Under the pieces are notes generated by a model. It was not told the DNA's origin and made no database searches. It saw only the letters and a program-made list of their open reading frames with translations. DNA of 64,000 nucleotides, taken from the NCBI GenBank assembly GCA_028867755.1, contig JAGWFT010000001.1, forward strand, positions 1,172,149 through 1,236,148. Reading direction: 5' to 3'. The DNA is from Nitrososphaerota archaeon (GTDB lineage Archaea > Thermoproteota > Nitrososphaeria > Nitrososphaerales > Nitrosopumilaceae). This document shows positions 39,320-49,255 of the stretch, piece by piece. The translations under genes were made by a program, and so were the position numbers. Every line of letters starts with the position of its first letter. Within the stretch, counting starts at the first letter, position 1.

Positions 39320-39967
39320 ATGCTAATGCCTACGATAGTCTTTGATTTTGATGGTACCATAGCAGACACCATGTCTGTCGTGATAAAAATAGCCAACAAG
39401 TTTTCTGACCATTATGGATATCGCAAGATACCTCTAAGTGATCTTCCAAAACTTCGAGAAAAAAGACCTAGTGAGGTATTAAAGCACTTGGGAATCTCAA
39501 TTTTTAAACTTCCCATTGTTGTAAGAAAAATAAGATTTGAAATGAATAAAGAAATAGTCCACCTGCAGACTGCCATAGAAATCAAGGACACTCTTTTAAA
39601 TCTCAAAAAAAATGGATGTGTGCTTGGAATATTGACTACAAATTCAAGGGAAAATGTAACAGAATTTTTGAAAAATAACGATCTTCAATTGTTTGATTTT
39701 GTCTATACAGGAAGAGCTGTATATGGCAAGGCAAGACTGCTCAAAAAATTGATGAAAGAAAAAACAATCCCACACAAAGATCCGATTTATGTCGGAGATG
39801 AGATAAGAGATGTAGAGGCAGCAAAAAAGGCCGGAATCAGAGTAATTGGGGTGGCATGGGGATACAACACAAAAGCGGCTCTCCAAAAGGCAAATCCCGA
39901 TTATATTGTAGAAAAACCAGAAGAACTTCAGGAGATTATTTTAAACAATAGCCAGCCTCAGACCTAG
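39320..39967 (+). CDS. HAD-superfamily hydrolase
   Basis: FDFDGTIAD, LTTN, GK, YVGDEIRD motifs. Confidence 0.92.
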   Translation: MLMPTIVFDFDGTIADTMSVVIKIANKFSDHYGYRKIPLSDLPKLREKRPSEVLKHLGISIFKLPIVVRKIRFEMNKEIVHLQTAIEIKDTLLNLKKNGCVLGILTTNSRENVTEFLKNNDLQLFDFVYTGRAVYGKARLLKKLMKEKTIPHKDPIYVGDEIRDVEAAKKAGIRVIGVAWGYNTKAALQKANPDYIVEKPEELQEIILNNSQPQT

Positions 39968-40009
39968 GGCACAGGTTTTTAGAGACACTGGGGGCATCAC
40001 GTAATTAAA

Positions 40010-40213
40010 TTGAGTTTGGATGTAACGAAGGAAGAAAAAAATGCACTTACCCCAGATTCAGGATTTAACCTATGCGGGATTGACTATTTTGAGCCACTTG
40101 GAAGGAGGCTTTACCTCATAGAGCGTTACGAACGATACCAAGACGCACTCAAGGCAAAACAAGAAAGAGAAAATCCTAATGAATATCTCATTCTTTACAA
40201 AGGGGCTCCGTGA
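40010..40213 (+). CDS. Small hypothetical protein
   Basis: 67-aa ORF (FNLCGIDYFE...YLILYK). Confidence 0.65.
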   Translation: MSLDVTKEEKNALTPDSGFNLCGIDYFEPLGRRLYLIERYERYQDALKAKQERENPNEYLILYKGAP

Positions 40214-40260
40214 TTTGAAAATTATCATACTATCAATGAATTGATTTAATACTAAATTAC

Positions 40261-40563
40261 TTGGATTGGGATTTTGTGTCGTTGAGTCCTGAGTTTAAAA
40301 AATATCTGGAAGAAACAATTCATGGCATAATAGTTGGAATCCCTGCACTGAAAAAAGAATATCCAAAGTTCAAAAATGACTGGAAGTTTGATAGCGAGTT
40401 TGATTTCTTGTACGGATGCATAGTTGGACAAATACTTGGAGCAAGCCTAACTGCTTTTAAAATTATTCATAATCGGGAAGCAAAGTCAGATGAAATTTTA
40501 TCGATTGGTGAGCTGGTAGAATCATATTTTCCATTGATTCGCGATGAGATACAAAGTGTTTGA
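40261..40563 (+). CDS. Hypothetical helical protein
   Basis: 100-aa ORF (DFLYGCIVGQI). Confidence 0.65.
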   Translation: MDWDFVSLSPEFKKYLEETIHGIIVGIPALKKEYPKFKNDWKFDSEFDFLYGCIVGQILGASLTAFKIIHNREAKSDEILSIGELVESYFPLIRDEIQSV

Positions 40564-40600
40564 TTTGTTTTATGATTTTAATTATGATTTGATTTAATTT

Positions 40601-40864
40601 CTATTTGCCTTTTTTAGGTTCTGGTTTTTTGTGCATCTCCTTGAAGATTCGTACTGCTTCAAGGTGCGAACAATTTGCCTTTAGTCCCTTACCATGATGA
40701 AATTTGTAAAAATTCTTGAATCCTTCGCATTCACAGGTTTCTGAAGTTACAAAATAAGACTTGGTAGGGTCACTTGATGATTTTATCTGATAGAGATCGT
40801 CTTCTATTTTGACTACGCCGTCCTTAGCTAATGCCTTTGCTTTTTTTATCGTGTTTGCACTCAT
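40601..40864 (-). CDS. SWIM zinc-finger protein
   Basis: CECEGF...CSHLEAV (CxC...CxH). Confidence 0.85.
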   Translation of the reverse strand: MSANTIKKAKALAKDGVVKIEDDLYQIKSSSDPTKSYFVTSETCECEGFKNFYKFHHGKGLKANCSHLEAVRIFKEMHKKPEPKKGK

Positions 40865-40949
40865 GTTTTAGCAGTTATAGTTACTTGTTAAAAAACACTT
40901 GAAAACCGTAGTATAATTGCAGTTCAGATTATTTACGCACTGACTAGTC

Positions 40950-41189
40950 TTAACACTGTGCAAGAAGAATTAGTGTAGAGCGTACCCCATCTATTCTTCT
41001 GATCTTTTCAGAAACTGTACTGTTGATTTCATCTATTGTTTTAGACTCTATTTCTGCCACTATATCATAATGACCTTCAGTGCCTCGCGCTTCCTTTACT
41101 CTGTCTACAGATTTCAACTCTTCAAGTACTTGTTCTTCTTGTCCATAATCACATGCGATCATAACATACGCGGTTGTCATGGCATTCAT
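40950..41189 (-). CDS. Stand-alone Lrp/AsnC ligand-binding (RAM) domain protein
   Basis: AYVMI...GHYDIVAEI...IRRIDGVRSTLIL. Confidence 0.88.
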   Translation of the reverse strand: MNAMTTAYVMIACDYGQEEQVLEELKSVDRVKEARGTEGHYDIVAEIESKTIDEINSTVSEKIRRIDGVRSTLILLAQC

Positions 41190-41312
41190 ACAGCATCATA
41201 ATATTTCAAGGAGTCTGTGCAAACATTATCAGTATAGAAAAACACGATTGAAAGCTATCTTGGTTCACAATACCTAACCTTTTATGGTAATAAGATAATC
41301 ATTAGACTTGCA

Positions 41313-41510
41313 ATGAAGAGCGATGATGATGATGAGTCTGAGATCATGAAAGGCATGTTCGAAGAGATAATGAAGATGATTCGCCAAAAACAGATCAAAG
41401 TTGAATCCATCGTACAAAAGGCCGCAGAGCATGACATGATTTCTCAGGAGTCACTTGGTAGGATTTACAAAACACTTGACGAATACGGCAAGAAAAAACA
41501 ATGGATGTAA
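41313..41510 (+). CDS. Small hypothetical protein
   Basis: 65-aa helical ORF. Confidence 0.55.
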   Translation: MKSDDDDESEIMKGMFEEIMKMIRQKQIKVESIVQKAAEHDMISQESLGRIYKTLDEYGKKKQWM

Positions 41511-41557
41511 TTTAATACAAGGAATTAAGATTCATGTTTTTTGATCGCCTAATACGA

Positions 41558-41920
41558 TCACAGTTTCATGTTAAGACTTTTTATCTTCTTAATTATTGCA
41601 TTATGGTTTGAATTGGGCTCTGTTGACAATATAAGCAGACCATCATCTAAAAAGAGAGTAATCAATTTCACTTTTTCCTTGGATGTTATCATCCAGTTTG
41701 TCTTGCCTAGCGCTTCGTTAAACATGTCTTCCCATGAGGCTTTCATAGAGGCTTGATAATGTGCCATGCTGCTTAGTTCTTCATCAAGTAGTGGTGTAGC
41801 ATTTGCACTTCTAGCAAAAGAGATCAGCTTCCTATCCTTTATCCTACCTACAAAACGAACAGAGTTGTCTAGTCCTAAGATCTGTGTGCACGAATCTATC
41901 TGCTTGAAGCTTTGAGTCAA
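41558..41920 (-). CDS. Roadblock/longin-like small domain protein
   Basis: VRFVGRI...LLILSTEP alpha/beta pattern common in Nitrososphaerota. Confidence 0.6.
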   Translation of the reverse strand: MTQSFKQIDSCTQILGLDNSVRFVGRIKDRKLISFARSANATPLLDEELSSMAHYQASMKASWEDMFNEALGKTNWMITSKEKVKLITLFLDDGLLILSTEPNSNHNAIIKKIKSLNMKL

Positions 41921-42010
41921 TTCTTAACGTGGCATTTTAGAAAAGGAAATTTAATTCTATTGCATGATTGTAGTTATATAGGCCTTGATCGCAATCAGTT
42001 AAAAATTATG

Positions 42011-42217
42011 TTATGTCCATAGTTTTGGATCTTTTTTCCAGATGCGAACGCCATCAACAAAAACCTGTTTTTCCTCTTCAAATACAGTATGCCACTTGCC
42101 ATCATGGGGAAACATGGTGTTCATTTCCTTGACTTTTTTGTTGGTTGGAGCAGTATTCATTAGTGCCCCCCATCGCATGTTTGGAATTTTTGGCATTATC
42201 TCATTTATGTCGCGCAT
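42011..42217 (-). CDS. Small hypothetical protein
   Basis: 68-aa Trp-rich ORF. Confidence 0.7.
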   Translation of the reverse strand: MRDINEIMPKIPNMRWGALMNTAPTNKKVKEMNTMFPHDGKWHTVFEEEKQVFVDGVRIWKKDPKLWT

Positions 42218-42365
42218 GTCTTTGCTATTTCCAGGCTTCCTTTAATTGCTATCTGATGCATATACACATTAGTGAAATAAAAAATTGACCAAGATATTGT
42301 CCTATTTTTATAAATTCCAGTTTTTACATGCAGATCTTTATTACTTTGATTGACGAATTATATTT

Positions 42366-42497
42366 ATGAGAAAAGAATTCTGCCACATTTGTAAAGAGGG
42401 AGGCAAGCAGTGCGTCGATGTAGATACCAAAGAAGAAGTCTACATGATGATGTATAAAGTAAGATGTTCAAAATGTGGAGCACCTTTGGTGACCTGA
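42366..42497 (+). CDS. Zinc-ribbon microprotein (43 aa, missed by ORF track)
   Basis: Manual translation MRKEFCHICKEGG...YKVRCSKCGAPLVT with two CxxC motifs; TTTATT-type box upstream. Confidence 0.65.
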   Translation: MRKEFCHICKEGGKQCVDVDTKEEVYMMMYKVRCSKCGAPLVT

Positions 42498-42568
42498 CTC
42501 CCTCGTTATTTTGTGACTAGTTTAGAAGATTACCAGTCAATTAATCCTCTACTGTTGTAATAGATATC

Positions 42569-43144
42569 ATGACAACAATAGTAGGAATCAAGACAAGAGA
42601 TGGAGTAGTCCTAGGCTCAGATAAAAGAGCAAGCAAAGGATTTTTCATCGGATCAAAAATAGTCCAAAAGATTGCCAAGATGGATGAAACACTGGCAGTG
42701 GCAATAGCAGGCCAACTCTCTGATGCAGAATACATAATCAAAGTTGCAAAAGCAGAGAGAAGATTGATGGAGCTCAGAAGGGGATTTTCTCTAACTGTCA
42801 AAGAATCAACTAGGTTGATTGCAAATCTAGCATATTCTGGCTTGAGAAACTATCAACCATACTATGTAGAGTTGCTAGTGGCAGGAGTAGACCAGCATGG
42901 CTCTCATGTATATGCAGCCGACATGAGTGGTGCAATCACAGAAGAAGATTTTGCCTCGTCAGGTTCTGGATCTCCTATCGCATATGGAGTACTAGAAAGT
43001 CTATACAACAAGGAGATCAAAAACGAACAAGCAAAAGAAATTGCTTCGCGAGCTGTTGCTGCTGCAATGGAAAGAGATCCAGGCTCAGGTAACGGCATAG
43101 ATGTACTGGCAATACCTGCCATACCAAGGGAGGTTACAGCATAA
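42569..43144 (+). CDS. psmB: Proteasome beta subunit without propeptide
   Basis: M-TTIVGIK Ntn N-terminus, SDKRAS...KI, SGSGS, RDPGSG motifs. Confidence 0.92.
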   Translation: MTTIVGIKTRDGVVLGSDKRASKGFFIGSKIVQKIAKMDETLAVAIAGQLSDAEYIIKVAKAERRLMELRRGFSLTVKESTRLIANLAYSGLRNYQPYYVELLVAGVDQHGSHVYAADMSGAITEEDFASSGSGSPIAYGVLESLYNKEIKNEQAKEIASRAVAAAMERDPGSGNGIDVLAIPAIPREVTA

Positions 43145-43812
43145 TGTCAGACTCTGGTCCAAATTCTGGAAGGTTTCCTTTCTATGGACCTCAAGGCAGA
43201 CTTGTTCTAGTAGACAGTGCACTAGAAGCAGTAAGCCGGGGATCAACTACCATAGGAATCAAGACTCCAAAGTTTGCCATAATTTCAAGCCAGATAAAAC
43301 CAACGCATCCATTGATAGAACCATCTGAGAAGATATTCTCAATTGATTATCATGTTGGAGCTACAGGTGCTGGATACATTGGAGACATCTTGCAGCTAAT
43401 TGATGCACTAAGACTTGAAGCTCAAAAGCACAAGTTGACATATGAAAGTCCGATAGATACAGACTCGCTGGCAAAACATCTTAGCACATATCTACACAAC
43501 TACACAACATATGCCGTAAGACCACAGGCTGCCTCAATAATACTAGCTGGGGCAGACGAAACAGGCATACAGCTATACCAGATTGACCCAAGTGGCACTT
43601 TCTTTAGGGGTGCAGGCTTTGCTATAGGCCAGTCATCTGAGACAGCACTTGACGTCATAACAAGAGAATACAGTGCGGATCTTACCCAGAAACAAGCAAT
43701 TGGGCTTGCAGAAAAGGCAATAGAAAAAGCATTAGGAGAAAAACCAGTTGTTGAGACAGGAGTTGTTCTTGCAGACGAGAAGACGTTTCACAAGATTCCG
43801 TTTGGCAAGTAA
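43144..43812 (+). CDS. psmA: Divergent proteasome alpha subunit
   Basis: PQGRL, EAVSRGSTTIGIK, EKIFSID, LYQIDPSG, AIG motifs; start shares a base with the beta stop (TAATG). Confidence 0.88.
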   Translation: MSDSGPNSGRFPFYGPQGRLVLVDSALEAVSRGSTTIGIKTPKFAIISSQIKPTHPLIEPSEKIFSIDYHVGATGAGYIGDILQLIDALRLEAQKHKLTYESPIDTDSLAKHLSTYLHNYTTYAVRPQAASIILAGADETGIQLYQIDPSGTFFRGAGFAIGQSSETALDVITREYSADLTQKQAIGLAEKAIEKALGEKPVVETGVVLADEKTFHKIPFGK

Positions 43813-43947
43813 AACCTACCCACCATTTTTTATTTTTTTTAAATAGTATAATAAAAAATAACTTTTATCCCATTAACAGTAAATTAGGTTATTTAATCAT
43901 CAGAAATAGAGTTTGAAGAAACTTTGGTAATTTTCGAAAAACTCTAG

Positions 43948-44667
43948 TTAATTGTACTGGCTAAAAGAATCCGTGCCGCTTTTTCCACCAGATATGGTTT
44001 TCTGGAACACTTTGGTTATCTGCTCAAATATCCTATAGGCACTTATCATGGCCTCTGCTTTGTTTTTGTCTCCTGTCGCGTTACTTTCCACTATTGCGTA
44101 CCTTGACATTATTTTGAGGTTGACCTGAAACATGTCACCGTTAGACCATTGTAATACATAGTCTCCATCTCCATCTATCAACCCTATCCAGCGTAGATTG
44201 CCAAACCATTTTCCAACCAACTTGTTTACAATTTCTTCAACCTCAATTGTAGTAGGAATATACAATTGGAGCACTTGGGAAAACTGTAAGTGTTGTTTTG
44301 ATATTTTTCGAGACAAATTCTCAAGATCTAGCCTAGACCTCTTGACTAGAATTGATCTAAGATTCTTGCTTAATCGATAACCCGTTTGAGTTTTCTCCAC
44401 AAGATTGGAATTTTCTAATCTATGCAACGATCTAGATAGGCTTTGCTGGTGCATCCCAAGTTTTCTTGCAAGACCATTGAAGGTATATTGATTATCAGCC
44501 AAATCATTGTCTTGGTTTAGTATCGATAAAACTTTCTTGTCGTTTTCTTGAAAATCGTCAAGAGACATTCCAGAATCATCATCAATTACAATTTGTACAG
44601 TCTTGTAATCTAGCGTTATCTCTTTTTCCTTTTTATCTTCAATTTCAGGTTCAATTTTATTTTCCAT
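43948..44667 (-). CDS. Winged-helix DNA-binding domain protein
   Basis: FNGLARKLGMHQQSLSRSLHRLE HTH followed by an alpha/beta C-terminal domain. Confidence 0.8.
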   Translation of the reverse strand: MENKIEPEIEDKKEKEITLDYKTVQIVIDDDSGMSLDDFQENDKKVLSILNQDNDLADNQYTFNGLARKLGMHQQSLSRSLHRLENSNLVEKTQTGYRLSKNLRSILVKRSRLDLENLSRKISKQHLQFSQVLQLYIPTTIEVEEIVNKLVGKWFGNLRWIGLIDGDGDYVLQWSNGDMFQVNLKIMSRYAIVESNATGDKNKAEAMISAYRIFEQITKVFQKTISGGKSGTDSFSQYN

Positions 44668-44889
44668 CTTTCTTACCTCATAATGATCTCTTTACTTATT
44701 TAAGGGTAAACAGTATTACATCTCAAAAATTGTCATGCTCCCTTGTGTACATATCCAAGAACATTTCATAATCTGTTATTGTGCAATTCATTGATAAAAT
44801 GACTAGGAGTGATTAAACCTAGTCACATGTCAATTTGGCCAAAATCTATTTACAATATAACATACAGAAATGTCAGCTAACCCGCACTA

Positions 44890-44911
44890 TGCATGACATA
44901 CATGTCATGCA
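44890..44911. promoter_or_regulatory. Perfect inverted repeat, candidate operator
   Basis: TGCATGACAT-ac-ATGTCATGCA (10-bp arms) in the intergenic region upstream of the wHTH gene. Confidence 0.4.
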
Positions 44912-45052
44912 ACAGAGCGGATCAGGGATGAACTGCCAGAAAACTACTAAATATAATCATCATTAGAAATACAGTATGCACTTTTTTCATAACATGTTTT
45001 TTCCCAGTAACATTTTAAGATATTTTGGCATAGTAATCAAACAAGATTAAGA

Positions 45053-45814
45053 TTAGTTTTTGCGTGTTATGGCTACAACAGCTATGACCACACCAGCAAC
45101 TCCTACGCCTATACCTACTATGCTTATCATAAACAACATGTCAGTTGTGTTCTTTACTTCCTCAAACGACTTTGCTACATTAGCATATCCTTGTGCCGCA
45201 ACATTGGCATCGTTTGCAGCCTTACTTATCTCAGACGATAGCTGATTTATGACTTGAGAATTAGCATAGGTTTGGTCAGATGTTGTTGGCGTAGATTGAG
45301 AAGATGAGGCTCCATTTGAAGGCGGGAAAGATCCTGCAGGCTGATAGTATGTACTTTTATCCTCTACTTCATCCAGTGGAAAACCTGCGTTTATTGTCTG
45401 ACCATTTATAGTTCCGTTCATGATGATTTGATACGATCCAATCTTTGTTGGGATTATTGTTGTATCATACTCATCTGGTGTGTCATCATTTGGAGTGAAT
45501 TTCAAGGTATTTTGCAGGCCACCGTACGTTATTACAACAGTCATGTTGTCAAGTCCTGTCTGACTTATTGGTGTTGTAGTATTTCCAGATACTGTATCAA
45601 TAAAGATTTGGACTGTGTTAGTGTCTCCAACAAGCGGGGGCTCGTTTGTCAAGCCAACTTTGATGTATATGTTGCCAAAATTTTTTTCTACATGGGCACT
45701 AGCATAATGGGTCATCATAGGAATCGCAAGAAGAGATATGAGTAATGGTATGACTAGAATCTGTTTCATTTGCAGATCACTTTTTTTCTTCATATAAAAT
45801 GTCTTTTGGTACAA
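45053..45814 (-). CDS. Secreted, C-terminally anchored protein with predicted N-terminal His after signal cleavage
   Basis: Signal peptide ending ASA|H, Ig-like domain, Ser/Thr linker, coiled segment, C-terminal TM. Confidence 0.75.
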   Translation of the reverse strand: MYQKTFYMKKKSDLQMKQILVIPLLISLLAIPMMTHYASAHVEKNFGNIYIKVGLTNEPPLVGDTNTVQIFIDTVSGNTTTPISQTGLDNMTVVITYGGLQNTLKFTPNDDTPDEYDTTIIPTKIGSYQIIMNGTINGQTINAGFPLDEVEDKSTYYQPAGSFPPSNGASSSQSTPTTSDQTYANSQVINQLSSEISKAANDANVAAQGYANVAKSFEEVKNTTDMLFMISIVGIGVGVAGVVIAVVAITRKN

Positions 45815-48746
45815 CTACAGAATGTATAGATACATTGTTCGAATCAAATTTTTGTACATTTTTGATACTATTATCAAGATCTATCTTTGCTCTCGTATAG
45901 AAAAATGAAGAAACTACTACAAAACCTGCTATCATGGGTGTTACAAATCCAGCATAACTTAGACTATTGTTTGAGATGATACTGTTTGCAAGGACAGTAG
46001 ATCCTCCCGCAGTTACATTTTCAGTTATTAAACCAAGCGAATGAGATCTTTGTTCTGCAATCACCACTCCTTTATCAGTGAAGACTAGCCATTGAGTAAA
46101 CGAGTTTTTTGATGGTATATCGATTTGTACATATTGCCCGTTGTTTGGATCAAGTGTAGTTATTTTATCATATGTGTGCTGTGCTATCCATAGATAGTCA
46201 TTATTATCAATGGTCATGCCAAATGGCAAATTTGATGGATTTTGGTCCAATGTATATTGTTTGAATAGGTGGATGAGAGAATAAAACACAAGCAGGCCAT
46301 GACCTTCGTGTTCTGTAACATACACCACTCCATCACGTGGGGCTTCAATAATTCCAGTTAGATCTGCCTGAGTTGCATTTATTTTTGGATCATGTTGTGT
46401 TATACTACTATTTGTTGGATTTATTTCAGCTATCTGACCAGACCCGCTTTCTACAATCCATATCACTCCAGAATCTTGTGCCGTTGTGATTCCAAGTGGT
46501 TCAGAACCATTAGGCAGGCTTAAGACAGTAAAAGTTTCTGCCTGAGAATCGAATTTTAATACCTTATCTTCATTTGCGGCAATTAGCCATGGATTATTCA
46601 TCTTGTCTATTGTCAAACCAGATATGATTCCACTTGTTGGAATTTTATATTGTTTGTTAGAGTCATCGTTTGGGCTATAATTTCCCAAGATCTTCGTAAT
46701 CGGGTCAACGTACCAGATATTATTTTTCCCATCCAAAGCCATCCATGTTATTATGTTTGTGCCGCTTATCTTTTGCTCAGAAAACCGTTTAGACTCAAGA
46801 TCAAATCCAAATATTCTCCCACTTGATATTTTAGAATCTCCCACCCATACCATATCTCGGCTCTTGTCATATACAGGATACAGCGGCAACGACGTGTTAT
46901 CTAAAATTGTATATTCTTTTACATTAAATGAGAGTTGGTTAATGGTTGGCTTTAGGTAGAAAACAAATGAGGTTGCAATCTCTGTTGAGTTGGCCTCATT
47001 TTGAAAGCCGTTTATTGCAACTTTCCAGTTGCCTCCTATACCAAAAGGAACGGTTGTGGAAAAAGAACCCATCCCTGTCTTTTGCATAACTATTTTTGGC
47101 ATGGAGATTCCATTATCAATCTGAGTTAGTGCCAATTCAGCAGATTCCATATCCAATTGCTGCATAGAAGGATCAAGAAATGTTATTGTAAAGTTGTTGT
47201 TTCCAAGACCAAATGGAGTAATGACCATGGTTATCTTATTTCCATCTACATTCTTGGCATCGGTGTAAAGGCTGTTTTGTGTGCCTACAAGTGGAGATAT
47301 TGCAAATACATTTGGTATTGCATTGTGTTGGCTTGGAAATTCATTGCCAGGAGTTCCTGAATTGGTAAGAACCGCAACAGATGCAAGCAACGCTATTCCA
47401 AGTATTGCCTCAATCTTTACAACCAGAGACGACGCTGATTCCAATGACGAGATCTGAGAATGTGAATTACCATCAGTTGTGATAGTTGTGGCAAGCAACC
47501 TAGATGTGCGTTTATGAATAACCAGCTGAGTGTATGCGCCAGACGATATCATAGCAGCGGCAAGCAAAAGCTTTACCATCAATATCTTTCCGTATGTAGA
47601 TGCAAGCGTAAGTGTCAAGTTATTTTCAAGTAAATACAACAAGAACGGCCCTGTTATAGCTACAACTCCGAGTAAGGACACGGTCAGAATTGAAAACCTT
47701 GGAATCAGAATCGATATTGCAGAAAGAAATGTACAGTTATTTTTCAATTGTTTTAGTATTGGAAATACTAGAAATGCAAGATAGAAGACTCCACCAATCC
47801 ACAAGGAAGCAACTACGTTGTGCACAAAATCAAGTAGTATGGCATACCATCCACCAACAGCAGCTCCATGTCCAACAAGGCTTGTTGTGAGTAACTCCCC
47901 AATACCGATTATAAAAAGTGTCCAGACAAACGAAGTTGGTATTTTCCCATCTCGTGTTCTAAGATAAACTATAGCCGATATACCAAGAAGTGCAGCCGAG
48001 ATGACAAAACGGATCATCATCGTATTACCAAATTTTGTTGCAAACGCATTATCTAACCCACTACCTATGGCGTTTGCCTCAGCCAATACCATCCCAAAAT
48101 CTGATAATATAAGAATGATAGAGCCTATCAATGCCCATTTGGCCATTTTTTTATCAAGTAATTTTCTACTTTCTGAAAGAGAATCATATAACCATCGCAT
48201 ATTTTTTATTGGCCCCCACAACCATAGCGTTGCCGCAGTTACACCTACCACAATTACTTGGCCAACAAGTGTAGGAAATCTAGCAATAGCATCAGGTATT
48301 GATATTTCGGTTGCAATGTTTGACGATATCTGTGCAGAATTTTGTGAGACTTTAGCATTGACTCCAAATGCAAAACCTGGTGTGGTTACGTGTCCATCTG
48401 TCTCATCTAAAACTTTGGTAGTTACTGTATAAACGCCATTTGGAAGACCATCTTTTAGAGATGTTGCCAAACCCGTATGGTCCGAATTTGTATAGTGTAA
48501 ATCATTATTTTGGACTTGATTTCCATTAGGACCAAGAACCTCGATATGGCTGTATTTGATATCTACCGGATCACTGAAACCTATATCGATCTCAGAAGGA
48601 GGAGATGATAGAGATTCGATGACAGAAGGTACACTGCTTGAAATGTAAGCATGTTCATAGGAATTTGGAATGGACGAAATAACTAAAACTGATGAAACGG
48701 CAACCGTGACAAGAAAGATCATTTTTAAGCTAATGCTAAAATTCAT
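45777..48746 (-). CDS. CopC-CopD-Ig-like-Vgb propeller fusion (copper resistance/uptake)
   Basis: HAYISSSVP and DGHVT (CopC); GHGAA, HNVVASLWIGG, YGKILMVK (CopD); propeller repeats; C-terminal TM. Confidence 0.88.
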   Translation of the reverse strand: MNFSISLKMIFLVTVAVSSVLVISSIPNSYEHAYISSSVPSVIESLSSPPSEIDIGFSDPVDIKYSHIEVLGPNGNQVQNNDLHYTNSDHTGLATSLKDGLPNGVYTVTTKVLDETDGHVTTPGFAFGVNAKVSQNSAQISSNIATEISIPDAIARFPTLVGQVIVVGVTAATLWLWGPIKNMRWLYDSLSESRKLLDKKMAKWALIGSIILILSDFGMVLAEANAIGSGLDNAFATKFGNTMMIRFVISAALLGISAIVYLRTRDGKIPTSFVWTLFIIGIGELLTTSLVGHGAAVGGWYAILLDFVHNVVASLWIGGVFYLAFLVFPILKQLKNNCTFLSAISILIPRFSILTVSLLGVVAITGPFLLYLLENNLTLTLASTYGKILMVKLLLAAAMISSGAYTQLVIHKRTSRLLATTITTDGNSHSQISSLESASSLVVKIEAILGIALLASVAVLTNSGTPGNEFPSQHNAIPNVFAISPLVGTQNSLYTDAKNVDGNKITMVITPFGLGNNNFTITFLDPSMQQLDMESAELALTQIDNGISMPKIVMQKTGMGSFSTTVPFGIGGNWKVAINGFQNEANSTEIATSFVFYLKPTINQLSFNVKEYTILDNTSLPLYPVYDKSRDMVWVGDSKISSGRIFGFDLESKRFSEQKISGTNIITWMALDGKNNIWYVDPITKILGNYSPNDDSNKQYKIPTSGIISGLTIDKMNNPWLIAANEDKVLKFDSQAETFTVLSLPNGSEPLGITTAQDSGVIWIVESGSGQIAEINPTNSSITQHDPKINATQADLTGIIEAPRDGVVYVTEHEGHGLLVFYSLIHLFKQYTLDQNPSNLPFGMTIDNNDYLWIAQHTYDKITTLDPNNGQYVQIDIPSKNSFTQWLVFTDKGVVIAEQRSHSLGLITENVTAGGSTVLANSIISNNSLSYAGFVTPMIAGFVVVSSFFYTRAKIDLDNSIKNVQKFDSNNVSIHSVVVPKDILYEEKK

Positions 48747-48862
48747 CTAGTATTACAAAGAAGATCTGTCTTGTATTTGTTTTAATGTTTTCTGGTACAA
48801 AAATAGGAATAATTTGATTGTTGTACCACTTGATTTAAATTTCATCTTGGCTAATTTTTATT

Positions 48863-49255
48863 GTGTTTAGGCCCCAGGCACTAATTGAGACCAAATCCAC
48901 ATTACTAAGCGTAATAATATTTTCACTTATCGCAGCACTATCTATTCCTGTTATATTACCACACATATTCCAGCAATTCACACTTTTTCATGTTCTTTTA
49001 CACATTAGTGGAATAGGTTTTGCTTCTTTTCTTACAATAGTATCAACAGTAGCATATCGCAAAGTTAAGACACGCAGGCTGCTCTTCACAACAATTGCTT
49101 TTGGTAGTTTCATTCTCTCAGAGATATTTTCTTTTATCGATGCAGCATGGCAATCAAAATACTATTTTTGGACTTTTTCATCATCTGAGATCGCCCATCT
49201 TGTTATGTTCTTCACATTATTGATGTTTGCATTAAGTGTGTTTAGGAGAGATTGA
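48863..49255 (+). CDS. Four-TM membrane protein with intramembrane histidines
   Basis: Hydrophobic helices carrying PH, FHVLLH and AH; overlaps the downstream wHTH gene. Confidence 0.7.
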   Translation: MFRPQALIETKSTLLSVIIFSLIAALSIPVILPHIFQQFTLFHVLLHISGIGFASFLTIVSTVAYRKVKTRRLLFTTIAFGSFILSEIFSFIDAAWQSKYYFWTFSSSEIAHLVMFFTLLMFALSVFRRD

